Part shown: piece by piece, positions 37,678-47,500 of the stretch
Position numbering within the stretch: position 1 is the stretch's first letter
Layout: each line of letters opens with the position of its first letter
From: an uncultured Chthoniobacter sp.
GTDB lineage: Bacteria; Verrucomicrobiota; Verrucomicrobiia; Chthoniobacterales; Terrimicrobiaceae
Assembly: GCA_964585615.1 (NCBI GenBank)
Contig: CAZPEN010000023.1
Location: forward strand, 1 to 64,000
Direction of reading: 5' to 3'
Length of the DNA stretch: 64,000 bases
Made by a program: the position numbers and the translations under genes
The notes under the pieces: model-generated
Told to the model about the DNA's origin: nothing
The model's database searches: none
Seen by the model: the letters and a program-made list of their open reading frames with translations, nothing else

Positions 37678-39319
37678 AAATCTCCCGCAGGGGGTGTTCA
37701 TCAAGGACATTTGCCCGGATTCCCCCGAGTTTCTCCGGGTCGTAGAGCTGGATGCCGACGTAGTAATAGATCGGGGCCACCGGCACGGCCTGCCGCACGA
37801 GGAGGTCTTCCGCCCGGCGGAGGATGTCGAGACGCCTGGCGGGATCGACCTCCCGGGTGGCCTCGGAGAGCAACCGGTCGTATTCGGGGCTGCTCCAGCC
37901 GGTCCGGTTGTTGCCGCCGCCGGTGAGGAACATGTCCAGAAAGGTGTTCGGGTCCGGGTAGTCGCCCACCCAGCTTGAACGCGCGATGTCGTAATCCAAA
38001 AGCGACAGCGAATTGAGATAGACCTTCCACTCCTGGCGGACGAGGTTCACGTTCACCCCGAGCGTCTCGCGCCACATGCTTTGCAACTCCACCGCCACCG
38101 CCTCGTTGAGTTCGCTCTTGCTGTAAAGGTAGTTCACCAGGGGAAACCCATGCCCCCCGGGGAAACCCGCCTCCGCCAGCAGTTGTCGCGCCGCGGCGGG
38201 ATCGAATGCCAGCCCATCGGTCCCCGCATAGCCCGGAATCCCCGGCGGCACAAACCCCGGCGCGGGCAGCTCCCCGGCCCGTGTGATTTTTTCCACGATG
38301 CGCTTCTTGTCGATCGCCTGCGAGAATGCCCGCCGCACCCGCTCGTCCGCAAACGGTCCGTGGACGCAGTTGTAGCGCAGGAAGTAGATCCCCAGGAACG
38401 GCGCTGCGTGGAACCATGGTTGCTTCTTCAGTTCGTCCAGCAGTGCGGGCGGAGCGAGCCCCTTGTCCATCACCAGATCCGCGAGGCCGCTGGCGAAAAA
38501 ATTGAACGCCACATTCGCATCGGAGATCGGAAGCACATCCACGGTCCCGAGCGCGACCCCGGCCCTGTTCCAATAGTGCGGATTTTTTTTGAGCCGGATC
38601 TTGTCATTGATCCGCCAATCCTCGAGAACATACGCCCCATTGCCAATGAGGTTTCCGGGCTTCACCCAATCGTCCCCCACCCGCGCGATCAGATCCACGC
38701 GCACCGGATGCAGCGTGGGAAATGCACACAACTCCAGGAAATACGGCGTCGGATTTTCCAGCTCCACCACCAGCGTCCGCCCGTCGGGAGCCTTCACCCC
38801 CACATCCGCAAAATCCACCGTCGCCCCCTCCGCAAAGGCCCGGGCATTTTTCACCGGAAAGAGCATATAGTTGTATTGCGCACCAGTGGCCGGGGTGAGC
38901 GTGCGCTTCCACGATGCCACAAAATCCTCCGCCACCAACGGACGCCCGTCGCTCCACCTGGCATCCTCCCGGAGGTGAAAAGTATACGTCCGGCCATCCG
39001 GAGAGATCTCCCACGACTCCGCCACCCCGGGAACCGCCCGTCCGGCCGCATCGAACGCACAAAGCCCCTCGAAAAGGGCGTTCACCACCCGCCCCTCGGG
39101 CTGGCCCGTGATCACAGCCGGATCCAGAGTCTCCGGCTCCGCCCCGTTGATGAAGACCAGATCCGCCCGGCGCGACGGCGCATCGCACGCCCAAAGAAAA
39201 ACCGGACCGAGCAGGACAAGCAACCGTCGGGCTTGAAATATCCCCGCCATCCTTGCCGCAAATCCCTTCGCATCCCTCGATTTGCTCCGCTGCGTTGTGA
39301 TTCTGTACATTTTGTTCAT
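37658..39319 (-). CDS. ABC transporter substrate-binding protein, family 5 (oligopeptide/dipeptide/nickel type)
   Basis: 553 aa with signal peptide. Typical SBP_bac_5 N-terminal region LVFINGAEPETLDPA. Confidence 0.8.
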   Translation of the reverse strand: MNKMYRITTQRSKSRDAKGFAARMAGIFQARRLLVLLGPVFLWACDAPSRRADLVFINGAEPETLDPAVITGQPEGRVVNALFEGLCAFDAAGRAVPGVAESWEISPDGRTYTFHLREDARWSDGRPLVAEDFVASWKRTLTPATGAQYNYMLFPVKNARAFAEGATVDFADVGVKAPDGRTLVVELENPTPYFLELCAFPTLHPVRVDLIARVGDDWVKPGNLIGNGAYVLEDWRINDKIRLKKNPHYWNRAGVALGTVDVLPISDANVAFNFFASGLADLVMDKGLAPPALLDELKKQPWFHAAPFLGIYFLRYNCVHGPFADERVRRAFSQAIDKKRIVEKITRAGELPAPGFVPPGIPGYAGTDGLAFDPAAARQLLAEAGFPGGHGFPLVNYLYSKSELNEAVAVELQSMWRETLGVNVNLVRQEWKVYLNSLSLLDYDIARSSWVGDYPDPNTFLDMFLTGGGNNRTGWSSPEYDRLLSEATREVDPARRLDILRRAEDLLVRQAVPVAPIYYYVGIQLYDPEKLGGIRANVLDEHPLREIFRKNHP

Positions 39320-39343
39320 TCTGTCCCAAAAGCCGTTCTCGGG

Positions 39344-40306
39344 TTACCCCCCGGCCAGCCGCTCCAGTGTCTTCTCCACCCAGGCCGCCACGCCCTCCCA
39401 CGAGCGGAACTCCCCCACCGCCCGCGCATCCCCACGCCCGCTCCCCCCGAGAAACGCATGGGCCAACTGGCATCCCGGTCCCAGCTCCAGCACCACGTCG
39501 CACTCCGCCTCGCGCAACCGCTGTCTCACCAGATCCCAACGCACCGTCCGGTGTATTTGCTCCGGCAGCGTTGCTTCCATCTGCTGGCGCGTGGACACCT
39601 TCCCGGAATCAATCCCCGCCAGGATCGGAGACACCGGCGGACTCCACCGCAGCAGGTGCAGCGCCTCCCGGAACGGCTCCACCGCCGCATCCAGCAGCGG
39701 CGTGTGCGATGGCACCGACACCGGCAGCACCACAGCCTCCCGTGCCCCCGCCGCCAGGAGCCCTCTCACGATCTCCCCCTCGCCTCCCGCACGGCACCCC
39801 ACCACACAATGATCCTCCGCCAGCACAATCGCCAAAAATCCCCCCCCCGCCTTCGCCACCTCTTCCACCCGCGGAACCTCCAGCCCCATCACCGCCACAA
39901 GCTCCCCGCTCCCTGCCGCATCCATCGCCCGCGCCCGCAGGCCCGCCAACCGAACGACATCCACCTCTCCCAACACCCCCGCACAGCCATACGCCGACAA
40001 TTCCCCCAGACTGTAACCCGCAAAAAACTGCGGCGTCGGCAGACTCCCGGCCAATTCCGCCCACACCATCTGCTGGAACAGGCACAACAATGGCTGCGAA
40101 AAATGGTTCCTGAAAATTTCCTCCGGCCGCGCCCCCGGCTCCGCAAGCCACGCCGCCACCTCCGGTTCCAGACATCCCGCCTCCACCACCCGCCGCCGCA
40201 CCCCATTTCCCTTTTCCGTGAAAGGCATCTGCTGGAAGAGATCCGGCGACTGGGCGCCCTGCCCGGAACAAATAATCGCGAAATTCATGCGGTCCCCTCC
40301 ATTCAT
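39344..40306 (-). CDS. malonyl-CoA:ACP transacylase-like acyltransferase (MdcH/FabD family)
   Basis: FAIICSGQGAQ (GQGxQ motif) and acyltransferase fold length. Start ambiguous because of an 18-nt tandem duplication. Confidence 0.6.
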   Translation of the reverse strand: MNGGDRMNFAIICSGQGAQSPDLFQQMPFTEKGNGVRRRVVEAGCLEPEVAAWLAEPGARPEEIFRNHFSQPLLCLFQQMVWAELAGSLPTPQFFAGYSLGELSAYGCAGVLGEVDVVRLAGLRARAMDAAGSGELVAVMGLEVPRVEEVAKAGGGFLAIVLAEDHCVVGCRAGGEGEIVRGLLAAGAREAVVLPVSVPSHTPLLDAAVEPFREALHLLRWSPPVSPILAGIDSGKVSTRQQMEATLPEQIHRTVRWDLVRQRLREAECDVVLELGPGCQLAHAFLGGSGRGDARAVGEFRSWEGVAAWVEKTLERLAGG

Positions 40307-41184
40307 GCGGTCCCCTCCAGATAATGCACAAACAACGTCGCCGCCAGCAAATCCGCCACGCCACCCGCCGTCAGTCCCCGTGCCACAAACGCCCGGTGGA
40401 TGCCCACCGCCCGCTCTTCCCACCCCGCCTCATAAATTCCCCCCGACGCCAGGAACTGCCCGGCCTCTTCTCGCGCAAACCACCATCCCCCGCTCCCCCC
40501 GCGCTTCAACAGCGTCGTATCCCCGCAGCACGTCAACAGCTCAAAAAACACCTGCACCCCTGCCTGTTCCACCGACACCCCCGCATCCACCGCCCGCCGC
40601 AAAGCCGGCAGGCCGACATCGTAAATCGAAGGATATCCCCCCTTTGCCTCCCCGCGCGCCCCGGTCACCCCATGCCGCCGACACATCACCAGCCCGTCAC
40701 TCGCCCCTGCCACTTCCCCCGGCATCGGCAACTCCCCGCCCCAGCGCCCCGCCACGATCTCCCCCAGCGTCCCCACGGTCCCCCCGGACCTCACCCCCGC
40801 AGCCGCAGCCAGCAGTCCCAGACAAAAAATCGCCCCCCGGTGCGTGTTCCGTCCCCCCGTCGCCTCCAGCATCGCCCTTTCCGCCGCCAACCCGATCCGC
40901 TGCAACTCGCCCAGTTCCTCCCCCGCCGCACCCGCCGCCGCCATCGCCTGGAAAAATGGCTCCAAACACGCGATCGACTCCAGAAAACACCCCGCATCCA
41001 TGTCCGGATGACTCCCATTGTCCACAAAACTCACCAAACCCGGCTTCGGATACACCGCCAGTTCCTCCCTCAACGCACGGACCACCCACCCGGCGATCTC
41101 CGCCGGGGCCAGCCCCTCCGCCTGCATCGTTTCAATTCCCCCGGACATCCCCGGACTCTGTTCAGAATCCCCCGGCGATTTCAA
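40303..41184 (-). CDS. triphosphoribosyl-dephospho-CoA synthase (CitG/MdcB family)
   Basis: GGRNTHRGAIFCLGLL motif region typical of CitG/MdcB. 293 aa. Confidence 0.65.
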   Translation of the reverse strand: MKSPGDSEQSPGMSGGIETMQAEGLAPAEIAGWVVRALREELAVYPKPGLVSFVDNGSHPDMDAGCFLESIACLEPFFQAMAAAGAAGEELGELQRIGLAAERAMLEATGGRNTHRGAIFCLGLLAAAAGVRSGGTVGTLGEIVAGRWGGELPMPGEVAGASDGLVMCRRHGVTGARGEAKGGYPSIYDVGLPALRRAVDAGVSVEQAGVQVFFELLTCCGDTTLLKRGGSGGWWFAREEAGQFLASGGIYEAGWEERAVGIHRAFVARGLTAGGVADLLAATLFVHYLEGTA

Positions 41185-41405
41185 CCCCGGAACCCCGGAT
41201 TGTTTTCTCCCCCCACAAAAACCATTTGCCAGTCGCCCCCGTCACCAATGACAGCGCCGAGTGGATGTGATTTCCCAAACCGTTCCAAAGCACGCTCCCT
41301 CGAGAATTCGCAGGCAGCCGCCGTTTTCAGGATAAAGTTGCCGCAACAGCGCTTTCTTTGCAGCGCGGTCTGTCCTTTCCGGCGCGGACATGCGACAACC
41401 GGGGC

Positions 41406-41933
41406 ATGGAACATTCTCCCGCCATCCTGATCCGCAGACGGGCCTGGGGTGACACGAGCTGGATCGTCACATGGCTCACCCTGGAGCACGGGAAGGTCTC
41501 CACCATGGCGCGCGGAGCACGGCGTCCGGGCAGTCCGTTTGCCGGGAAGCTGGATCTCTTTTACTCCGCGGAAATCTCGTTCCAATCCTCCAGAAAGTCC
41601 GCCCTCCACTCGTTGCGGGAAGTGCAGCTCCTCGAACCTTTCGACGCTTCGGGCGTGCCCTGCGCGAACATTTACCTCTGTGGCTATTTCGCGGAGATGA
41701 CCGACCTCGTCACGGAACCGGGTGCGCCCGTCGCGGGAGTCTACGATCTTCTGCGCCGGGCTCTGGGTCACCTCCGGAGCCAAACCGCCACGCTCCGCGC
41801 ACTGGAACACTTCGAGCGGGAACTCGCCCGTGCGCTGGGCGTCGGGGACGGAGTCGTCCTCTCCGCACTGGAAACCTGTTGCGGCAGCATCCCCTCCTCC
41901 CGAAATGCCGCACTGAAACTTCTCAAAAAATAA
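41406..41933 (+). CDS. recO: RecO-like DNA repair protein (short form)
   Basis: N-terminal ILIRRRAWGDTSWIVTWLTLEHGKVSTMARGARR matches the RecO OB-fold start. Confidence 0.55.
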   Translation: MEHSPAILIRRRAWGDTSWIVTWLTLEHGKVSTMARGARRPGSPFAGKLDLFYSAEISFQSSRKSALHSLREVQLLEPFDASGVPCANIYLCGYFAEMTDLVTEPGAPVAGVYDLLRRALGHLRSQTATLRALEHFERELARALGVGDGVVLSALETCCGSIPSSRNAALKLLKK

Positions 41934-41981
41934 AAATCCTTCTCGTCTCAAAGTTCCCTTTTCCCTATTCTGTCGTCTTCT

Positions 41982-42791
41982 ATGCAGACCACTGCAAATC
42001 TTTGGGAAGTCCTCTGCCGGGATCTGGAAGAACAGCGCAGCCTGCCCTCGCGGGAACAGCACCATGTCGCGGCGCAGAAATTCAAGGAGGCGGCCAACCA
42101 GGTCTTCCGCAAGAGCAGTCCGCGTCTCAGCGATGCCCTGGAAATCGCGGGCGATGTGTGCCAGGCCTCCGGCTTTTTTTCCGATGCGGTGCAGGACTTC
42201 AAGGACTCCCTGGATCACAACCTGGAAAACGGAAACCTTTCCTCCGCCGCGCGCGTGGCGGCGAAGCTGGCCCTGTTGTTGGATCATCAGGGCGAGGAAG
42301 CCGGTGCGCGCCGTTACTACAGCCAGGCCCTGGAGCTTTACGAGGCCGCCCATGACTATTCCCAGCACTGTATGCTTGCCAGCAACCTCGCCGGTCTGGA
42401 AAAGCGCGCGGGGAATTTTCCCGCCTGTGAAAAGCACTACCAACAGGCGCTGGATATCGCCGTCCGTCTCCACGGGGAAGTTCATCCGAGCGTGGCCCTC
42501 GTCTGCAACAACCTCGCCGTGGCCTACACGGATGCCGGAGATTGGGTCCGTGCAGAAAACCTCCACATGCGCGCACTTGGCATCCGGGAACAGGTCTTCG
42601 GGGCCATTCACCCGGAAGTCGCCCAATCCCTCGCCAACCTCGGCGTGGTCTACCATGCCAGTTCCAATTTTGAAAAAGCCCGCAGCTACTACGAGGCGGC
42701 GATGAAAACCTATCTCGCGTTCAAGAAACCCGACGCCCCCGAACTGCATTCCCTTAAGGCAAACCTGGAAAAATTGAACCGACGCGCATGA
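41982..42791 (+). CDS. tetratricopeptide-repeat protein (kinesin-light-chain-like TPR_12 repeats)
   Basis: Repeated ...ALxNLAxxYxxxGxxxxAxxLxxxAL... units. Confidence 0.7.
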   Translation: MQTTANLWEVLCRDLEEQRSLPSREQHHVAAQKFKEAANQVFRKSSPRLSDALEIAGDVCQASGFFSDAVQDFKDSLDHNLENGNLSSAARVAAKLALLLDHQGEEAGARRYYSQALELYEAAHDYSQHCMLASNLAGLEKRAGNFPACEKHYQQALDIAVRLHGEVHPSVALVCNNLAVAYTDAGDWVRAENLHMRALGIREQVFGAIHPEVAQSLANLGVVYHASSNFEKARSYYEAAMKTYLAFKKPDAPELHSLKANLEKLNRRA

Positions 42792-43297
42792 TTTCTCCCC
42801 GCATTCTCTCCCCTGCCGAAGCCCGTGCGGAGCGGGATCGTCTCGTGGCAGCTGGAAAGACACTGGTTTTCACCAACGGTTGCTTCGACATCCTGCACCG
42901 CGGCCATGCGACCTACCTGGCATTCGCCCGGGCCCAGGGCGACGCCCTCTGCGTCGGCCTCAACAGCGACGCCTCCGTCCGCAGAAGCAAGGGCCCCACA
43001 CGTCCGGTCAACCCGGAGGAAGACCGCGCCTTCGTCGTCGGTTCGCTGAAGGCGGTGGATTTTGTTGTTCTCTTCGACGGGGACGAACCGAAGGATCTCA
43101 TCGCAAAAATCCTCCCGCAGGTGCTGGTCAAGGGAAAGGACTGGGCCCACTACGTGAGCGGACGCGACATCGTCGAGGCCCACGGTGGCCGGGTCGTCCT
43201 GGCGGATATGGTTGAAGGACGTTCCACAACCGGCACCATCGAACGGGTACTCTCCAGCCAGGCGAAAGAGGCGGAGAAGTCCGTCCTCAGGCCGTGA
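42788..43297 (+). CDS. rfaE2: D-glycero-beta-D-manno-heptose 1-phosphate adenylyltransferase (RfaE domain II / cytidylyltransferase-like)
   Basis: TNGCFDILHRGH (HxGH nucleotidyltransferase motif), 169 aa. Confidence 0.75.
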   Translation: MISPRILSPAEARAERDRLVAAGKTLVFTNGCFDILHRGHATYLAFARAQGDALCVGLNSDASVRRSKGPTRPVNPEEDRAFVVGSLKAVDFVVLFDGDEPKDLIAKILPQVLVKGKDWAHYVSGRDIVEAHGGRVVLADMVEGRSTTGTIERVLSSQAKEAEKSVLRP

Positions 43298-44894
43298 GGG
43301 CGAAGCGGTCCGAGCCCAGAAGGCCGGATTTTTCGAGAAAGTAATCGTAGCCACCCGGGTAGGAGGTCACGGTGCCGGCGTTGATGTGGAGAATCCGGTT
43401 GGCCAGTTTCCGGATGAAGTGGACGTCGTGGGAGATGAAGAGCAGGGTGCCCTCGTAGGCTTCCAGGGCGAGGACAAGGGATTCGACAGTGAGGATGTCC
43501 AGATGCGTCGTCGGTTCGTCCATGAGGAGGAGATTCGGCGGATCGACAAGGAACTTGATCAGGTTGAGGCGCGTCTTTTCCCCGCCGCTGAGGACCGCGG
43601 TTTTCTTGTGAATGTCGTCGCGTTTGAAGAGAAACGACCCCAGCATGCTGCGGGCATCTTCCTCGCGGAGGGTGCCGTTGCTGGCAAGGACTTCCTCGAT
43701 GACGCTGTTGTTGGGATCGAGCGAAGCGGAACGGTGCTGGCTGAAGTAGCCGATCTTCGAGTTGTGCCCGGCCTGGCAGGTACCTTTCTGGATCGGGACA
43801 ATCCCGGCCATGATCTTGAGAAGCGTGGATTTCCCCGCGCCATTTGGACCGACCAGAGCGGTGCGTTCGCCGCGTTCGACCAGAAGATCAAGCCCGCGGT
43901 AAACCGGACGATCCCCGTAGGCCATGTGAACCCCCTTGAGTGCCATCGCCTGCTGGCCGCCCCGCGGCGGCTGGGGAATGCGGAAGCGGAACGGTTTTTT
44001 CGGAGGTTCCGGGCGCTCGATTTTTTCCATCCGCTCGATTTGCTTGAGCTTGCTCTGTGCCTGGGCGGCCTTGGAAGAGACAGAGCGGAAGCGATCGGCA
44101 AATTCCTGGAGGGCGGAAATTTCCTTCTGCTGGTTCTTCCAGGCGGCGGCGAGCTGCTCGTAGTTCGCCTCGCGCTGGCGCATGGCGTCGGAGAAATTTC
44201 CCGTGTAGGAGAGGATCTTGCGGTTGGAAATCTCGAAGACCTTGCCGACCAGGGCGTCCATGAACTCCAGATCGTGGGAAATCAGGAGCACGGCTCCGGA
44301 GTAGTTCTGGAGGTATTTCTGGAGCCAGAGCAGCGAGAGCAGATCAAGGTGGTTGGTGGGTTCGTCCAGAAGCAGAAGATCGGGCTCCATGACGAGCAGT
44401 CGCGCAAGGTGGGCACGCATCACCCATCCCCCGCTCAGTTCCCTGGCGGGCCGGTCGAAATCCTCCTCCCGGTAGCCGAGTCCCTTGAGCATCTTTCTGG
44501 CGCGGGCCTCGACATGCGAGTTGCACAGGGCCTCGTGCTTGGCATGGGCCTCCAGATAATCCGCACCCTCGACAAGACCGTCTTTCTCCAGCCGGGCCAG
44601 TTGGGCTTCCAGCGCGGGAATCTCCCCGGCCCGCCCGGTGGCAATATCCAGGGCCGTCTCCGCCCCGACCGCCTCGCCTTCCTGCGGCAGATACCCGAGC
44701 ATCGTCCACTCGTCGCGCTGGACGCTTCCCGCGTCGGGCTCGTCTTTTTTCAGGATGAGCGAAAAGAGCGTGGATTTCCCCGCGCCATTGGGCCCGACCA
44801 GAGCCACCCGCTCGCCATAGTTCACCTGAAGCGAGGCGTCTTCAAAAAGCAAACGCCCGCCCTGGCTCTTCCTCAAATCCCGGATCGTCAACAT
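43287..44894 (-). CDS. ABC-F family ATPase (two tandem ABC domains, no TMD)
   Basis: Two Walker A (GPNGAGKST, twice), two LSGG signatures, an inter-domain linker. Confidence 0.85.
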   Translation of the reverse strand: MLTIRDLRKSQGGRLLFEDASLQVNYGERVALVGPNGAGKSTLFSLILKKDEPDAGSVQRDEWTMLGYLPQEGEAVGAETALDIATGRAGEIPALEAQLARLEKDGLVEGADYLEAHAKHEALCNSHVEARARKMLKGLGYREEDFDRPARELSGGWVMRAHLARLLVMEPDLLLLDEPTNHLDLLSLLWLQKYLQNYSGAVLLISHDLEFMDALVGKVFEISNRKILSYTGNFSDAMRQREANYEQLAAAWKNQQKEISALQEFADRFRSVSSKAAQAQSKLKQIERMEKIERPEPPKKPFRFRIPQPPRGGQQAMALKGVHMAYGDRPVYRGLDLLVERGERTALVGPNGAGKSTLLKIMAGIVPIQKGTCQAGHNSKIGYFSQHRSASLDPNNSVIEEVLASNGTLREEDARSMLGSFLFKRDDIHKKTAVLSGGEKTRLNLIKFLVDPPNLLLMDEPTTHLDILTVESLVLALEAYEGTLLFISHDVHFIRKLANRILHINAGTVTSYPGGYDYFLEKSGLLGSDRFALTA

Positions 44895-44906
44895 AGGGCG
44901 GTCCGG

Positions 44907-45680
44907 TCAGCGAACGATGCCGCGCTGGGAACTCTCGATGAACGAAAGCAGGTGGTCCCGGACCCCGGAAGCGGCGATCTCCGCCGCAATCTGCCCGCAG
45001 GCCTGCCTGACATTGAGGTTCGAACGATACAGGAGCCGGTAGGCCTCGCGGAGTGCCCGCACATCCTCCGCGGAAAATCCCCTCCGCTCGAGTCCCACCT
45101 GGTTCACCCCGCGGATCTCCGCCGGATTCCCATCGGCAATCATGTAGGGCGGAACGTCCTGCACGATTTTCGTGCAGCCGCCAATGATGGAATGCCGTCC
45201 GATCCGGCAGAATTGATGCACGCCGGAAAGTCCGCCGATCACGGCATGGTCATCGACGAGCACATGCCCGGCGATGGTGCCATTGTTGGAGAAAATCACA
45301 TGGTCGCCGACCGTGCAATCGTGGGCGACATGCGAATAGGCCAGAAAATTCCCGTGGTTTCCAATCACGGTCCTGGTTCCCGGAAGGGTCCCACGGTTGA
45401 CGGTGCAGAATTCGCGGAAGGAATTGTCGGAGCCGATTTCCAGGTGGGTCGGTTCGCCGGAATACTTCAGATCCTGCGAGCGCTGGCCGATCGAACAATA
45501 CGGGTAAAAGGTGTTGCGGTCCCCGATTTTCGTGGGTCCGGCAATGGTCACATGCCCGATGAGGCGGCACCCGGCCCCGATTTCCACGCCGGCACCAATG
45601 TGACAGAAGGGTCCGATCTCCGTGTCCTCGCCGAGGGACGCGGAGGGGTCCACAACCGCGCTGGGATGGATCACCGTCAT
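44907..45680 (-). CDS. lpxA: acyl-ACP--UDP-N-acetylglucosamine O-acyltransferase
   Basis: Left-handed beta-helix hexapeptide repeats from MTVIHPSAVVDP. 257 aa. Confidence 0.85.
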   Translation of the reverse strand: MTVIHPSAVVDPSASLGEDTEIGPFCHIGAGVEIGAGCRLIGHVTIAGPTKIGDRNTFYPYCSIGQRSQDLKYSGEPTHLEIGSDNSFREFCTVNRGTLPGTRTVIGNHGNFLAYSHVAHDCTVGDHVIFSNNGTIAGHVLVDDHAVIGGLSGVHQFCRIGRHSIIGGCTKIVQDVPPYMIADGNPAEIRGVNQVGLERRGFSAEDVRALREAYRLLYRSNLNVRQACGQIAAEIAASGVRDHLLSFIESSQRGIVR

Positions 45681-46993
45681 TTGTCAACCAACCCGAAAAG
45701 AAGCTGCGCCTCGGAGACCACTTCGCCGTTCACCAGGCAGCGGCAGACCGCCTTGCCGAGCCGCCTTTTCATGCTGGTCATCTCGCCTTCGATGAAAAGC
45801 GTGTCCCCCGGCATCACCGGTTTGCGGAACTTCACCTCGTCGGCACTCATGAAATACCCGATCTTCCCGGCGTTCTCGGTCTTGCGCATCATCACAATGC
45901 TGGCAACCTGCGCCATGGCCTCCAACTGGAGCACGCCCGGCATCACGGGATGCCCCGGGAAATGTCCCTGAAAATACGGTTCGTTGATCGAGATGGCCTT
46001 GACCCCGATCGCTTTCGTGTCCCCCTGGAACTCGATGATGCGGTCGACCATGAGGAACGGATAACGGTGCGGGAGCGTGCGCATGACCTCGTTGACATCG
46101 AGGGCTCCGGCGGTCGCCGCGACGGGCCGCGGGGCGGCGGCGGCAATCTCCGCATGGCGCGAGGCCAGGCGCTTGGCGGCCTCGGTATTGATCCCATGGC
46201 CGGGTTTCACCGCGACCACGTGTCCGCGGATGCGGCGTCCCGAGAGGGACAGATCCCCGATGATGTCGAGGATCTTGTGGCGCACGAATTCGTCCGGGAA
46301 ACGAAGCGGTTCCTTGCTGAGGACACTGTCCCCGCGTGCGACGATCGCATTTTCCAGGCTGCCCCCCTTGATGAGCCCCTTGTCCATGAGCGGCTTCACA
46401 TCCTCGTAAAAAACGAACGTCCGCGCCGGGGCGATTTCCTTCTCGTAGAATTCCGGGGTGATCTCCGCGGAGAGAAATTGCGTGAAACGTCCCTGCGGGC
46501 CGACCTGGGTGCAGGAGACACGGAATTTCGTGTCGGGCAAAATCACAAAAACCGACTCCCCCATCTCGATGGTCAGGGGTTCCAGAATGTCGAGATAACT
46601 CCGCGGGGCATCCTGCTCGACGATCCCGGCCTTGAGAATCATCGCGACATAGGCCGAAGCACTGCCGTCGCCGATCGGCGGCTCGTTGGCATTCATCTGG
46701 ATGAGGGCGTTGTCCACACCCAACCCGCTCAATGAGGAAAGCACATGCTCGACCGTGTGGATTTTCACCATCCCCTGCACCAGGGTCGTTGCGCGTTCGA
46801 CGGTCTTGACATGCGACGCGGCCGCCTCCACCACCGGTTCATCGGGCAGATCCACCCGCTGGAACTTGAAGCCGTGTCCGGCCGGGGCGGGAAGAATGGT
46901 CAGGGTGACGTCTTCCCCGGTGTGAAGAGCGCTTCCGGTGAGTGTTGCAGGGGCTGCGAGTGTGCGTTGTTTGTCCACGTTTCTTTGTTTCAA
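45677..46993 (-). CDS. lpxC-fabZ: bifunctional UDP-3-O-acyl-GlcNAc deacetylase / 3-hydroxyacyl-ACP dehydratase (LpxC-FabZ fusion)
   Basis: N-terminal LpxC-like 280 aa. C-terminal FabZ hot-dog with FPGHPVMPGVL motif. Confidence 0.8.
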   Translation of the reverse strand: MKQRNVDKQRTLAAPATLTGSALHTGEDVTLTILPAPAGHGFKFQRVDLPDEPVVEAAASHVKTVERATTLVQGMVKIHTVEHVLSSLSGLGVDNALIQMNANEPPIGDGSASAYVAMILKAGIVEQDAPRSYLDILEPLTIEMGESVFVILPDTKFRVSCTQVGPQGRFTQFLSAEITPEFYEKEIAPARTFVFYEDVKPLMDKGLIKGGSLENAIVARGDSVLSKEPLRFPDEFVRHKILDIIGDLSLSGRRIRGHVVAVKPGHGINTEAAKRLASRHAEIAAAAPRPVAATAGALDVNEVMRTLPHRYPFLMVDRIIEFQGDTKAIGVKAISINEPYFQGHFPGHPVMPGVLQLEAMAQVASIVMMRKTENAGKIGYFMSADEVKFRKPVMPGDTLFIEGEMTSMKRRLGKAVCRCLVNGEVVSEAQLLFGLVDK

Positions 46994-46999
46994 AAATTT

Positions 47000-47500
47000 T
47001 TATTCCTGCGCTCCGGTGCGGAGCAGGATGTCCACGTACTTCTGGTTGCCGGCCCGGAGCCGTCCGACGAGGGCCCGGCCAATGGCTCCGAGGAGCTGGA
47101 TGGCGGCGTTCGGCTGCAACCCGCCCAAAACTCCGATGGTCATGCGGGTGATCCGAAGAAGCACGCAGGTCTCCAGGGCGGTCACATCGGCCGACCGCGG
47201 GCCGTCGTCGACCAGCGAGACCTCTCCAAAAAAATCTCCGGTCTCCAGCCGGGCCATCTCAATGTCCCGCCCCTCGGCATCCACCGTCACCCGGACGCTT
47301 CCCTCCAGGACGACATAGAGACAATGCCCTTCTTCCCCCGCCCGGACAACCCGGTCCCCGGCAGCGCAGTTCACCACATCGGTCAATTGCAGCAACGTGG
47401 TGAGTTCCTCCGGCGCAAGTCCCGCAAAGACGCAGAACTTCTGCAACCGCGGGTCATCCGGCGTGAGCGTTGTCGTTGAAGTGATTGAGGATTTTTCCAT
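47000..47500 (-). CDS. cyclic-nucleotide-binding domain protein
   Basis: GDFFGEVSLVDDGPRSADVTALE matches the cNMP_binding signature. Confidence 0.65.
   Translation of the reverse strand: MEKSSITSTTTLTPDDPRLQKFCVFAGLAPEELTTLLQLTDVVNCAAGDRVVRAGEEGHCLYVVLEGSVRVTVDAEGRDIEMARLETGDFFGEVSLVDDGPRSADVTALETCVLLRITRMTIGVLGGLQPNAAIQLLGAIGRALVGRLRAGNQKYVDILLRTGAQE

Noticed and set aside
38081-40324. 747-aa plus-strand ORF and many Pro/Arg-rich ORFs 38600-41430
   Set aside because: Antisense/out-of-frame to the substrate-binding protein, acyltransferase and CitG genes. Extreme Pro/Arg/His content typical of GC-rich non-coding frames.
41181-42863. 560-aa minus-strand ORF
   Set aside because: Antisense to recO and the TPR gene, which have recognisable sequence features. 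No motifs.
43185-45971. 928-aa plus-strand ORF
   Set aside because: Antisense to the ABC-F, lpxA and lpxC/fabZ genes, all with strong motifs. No recognisable domains.
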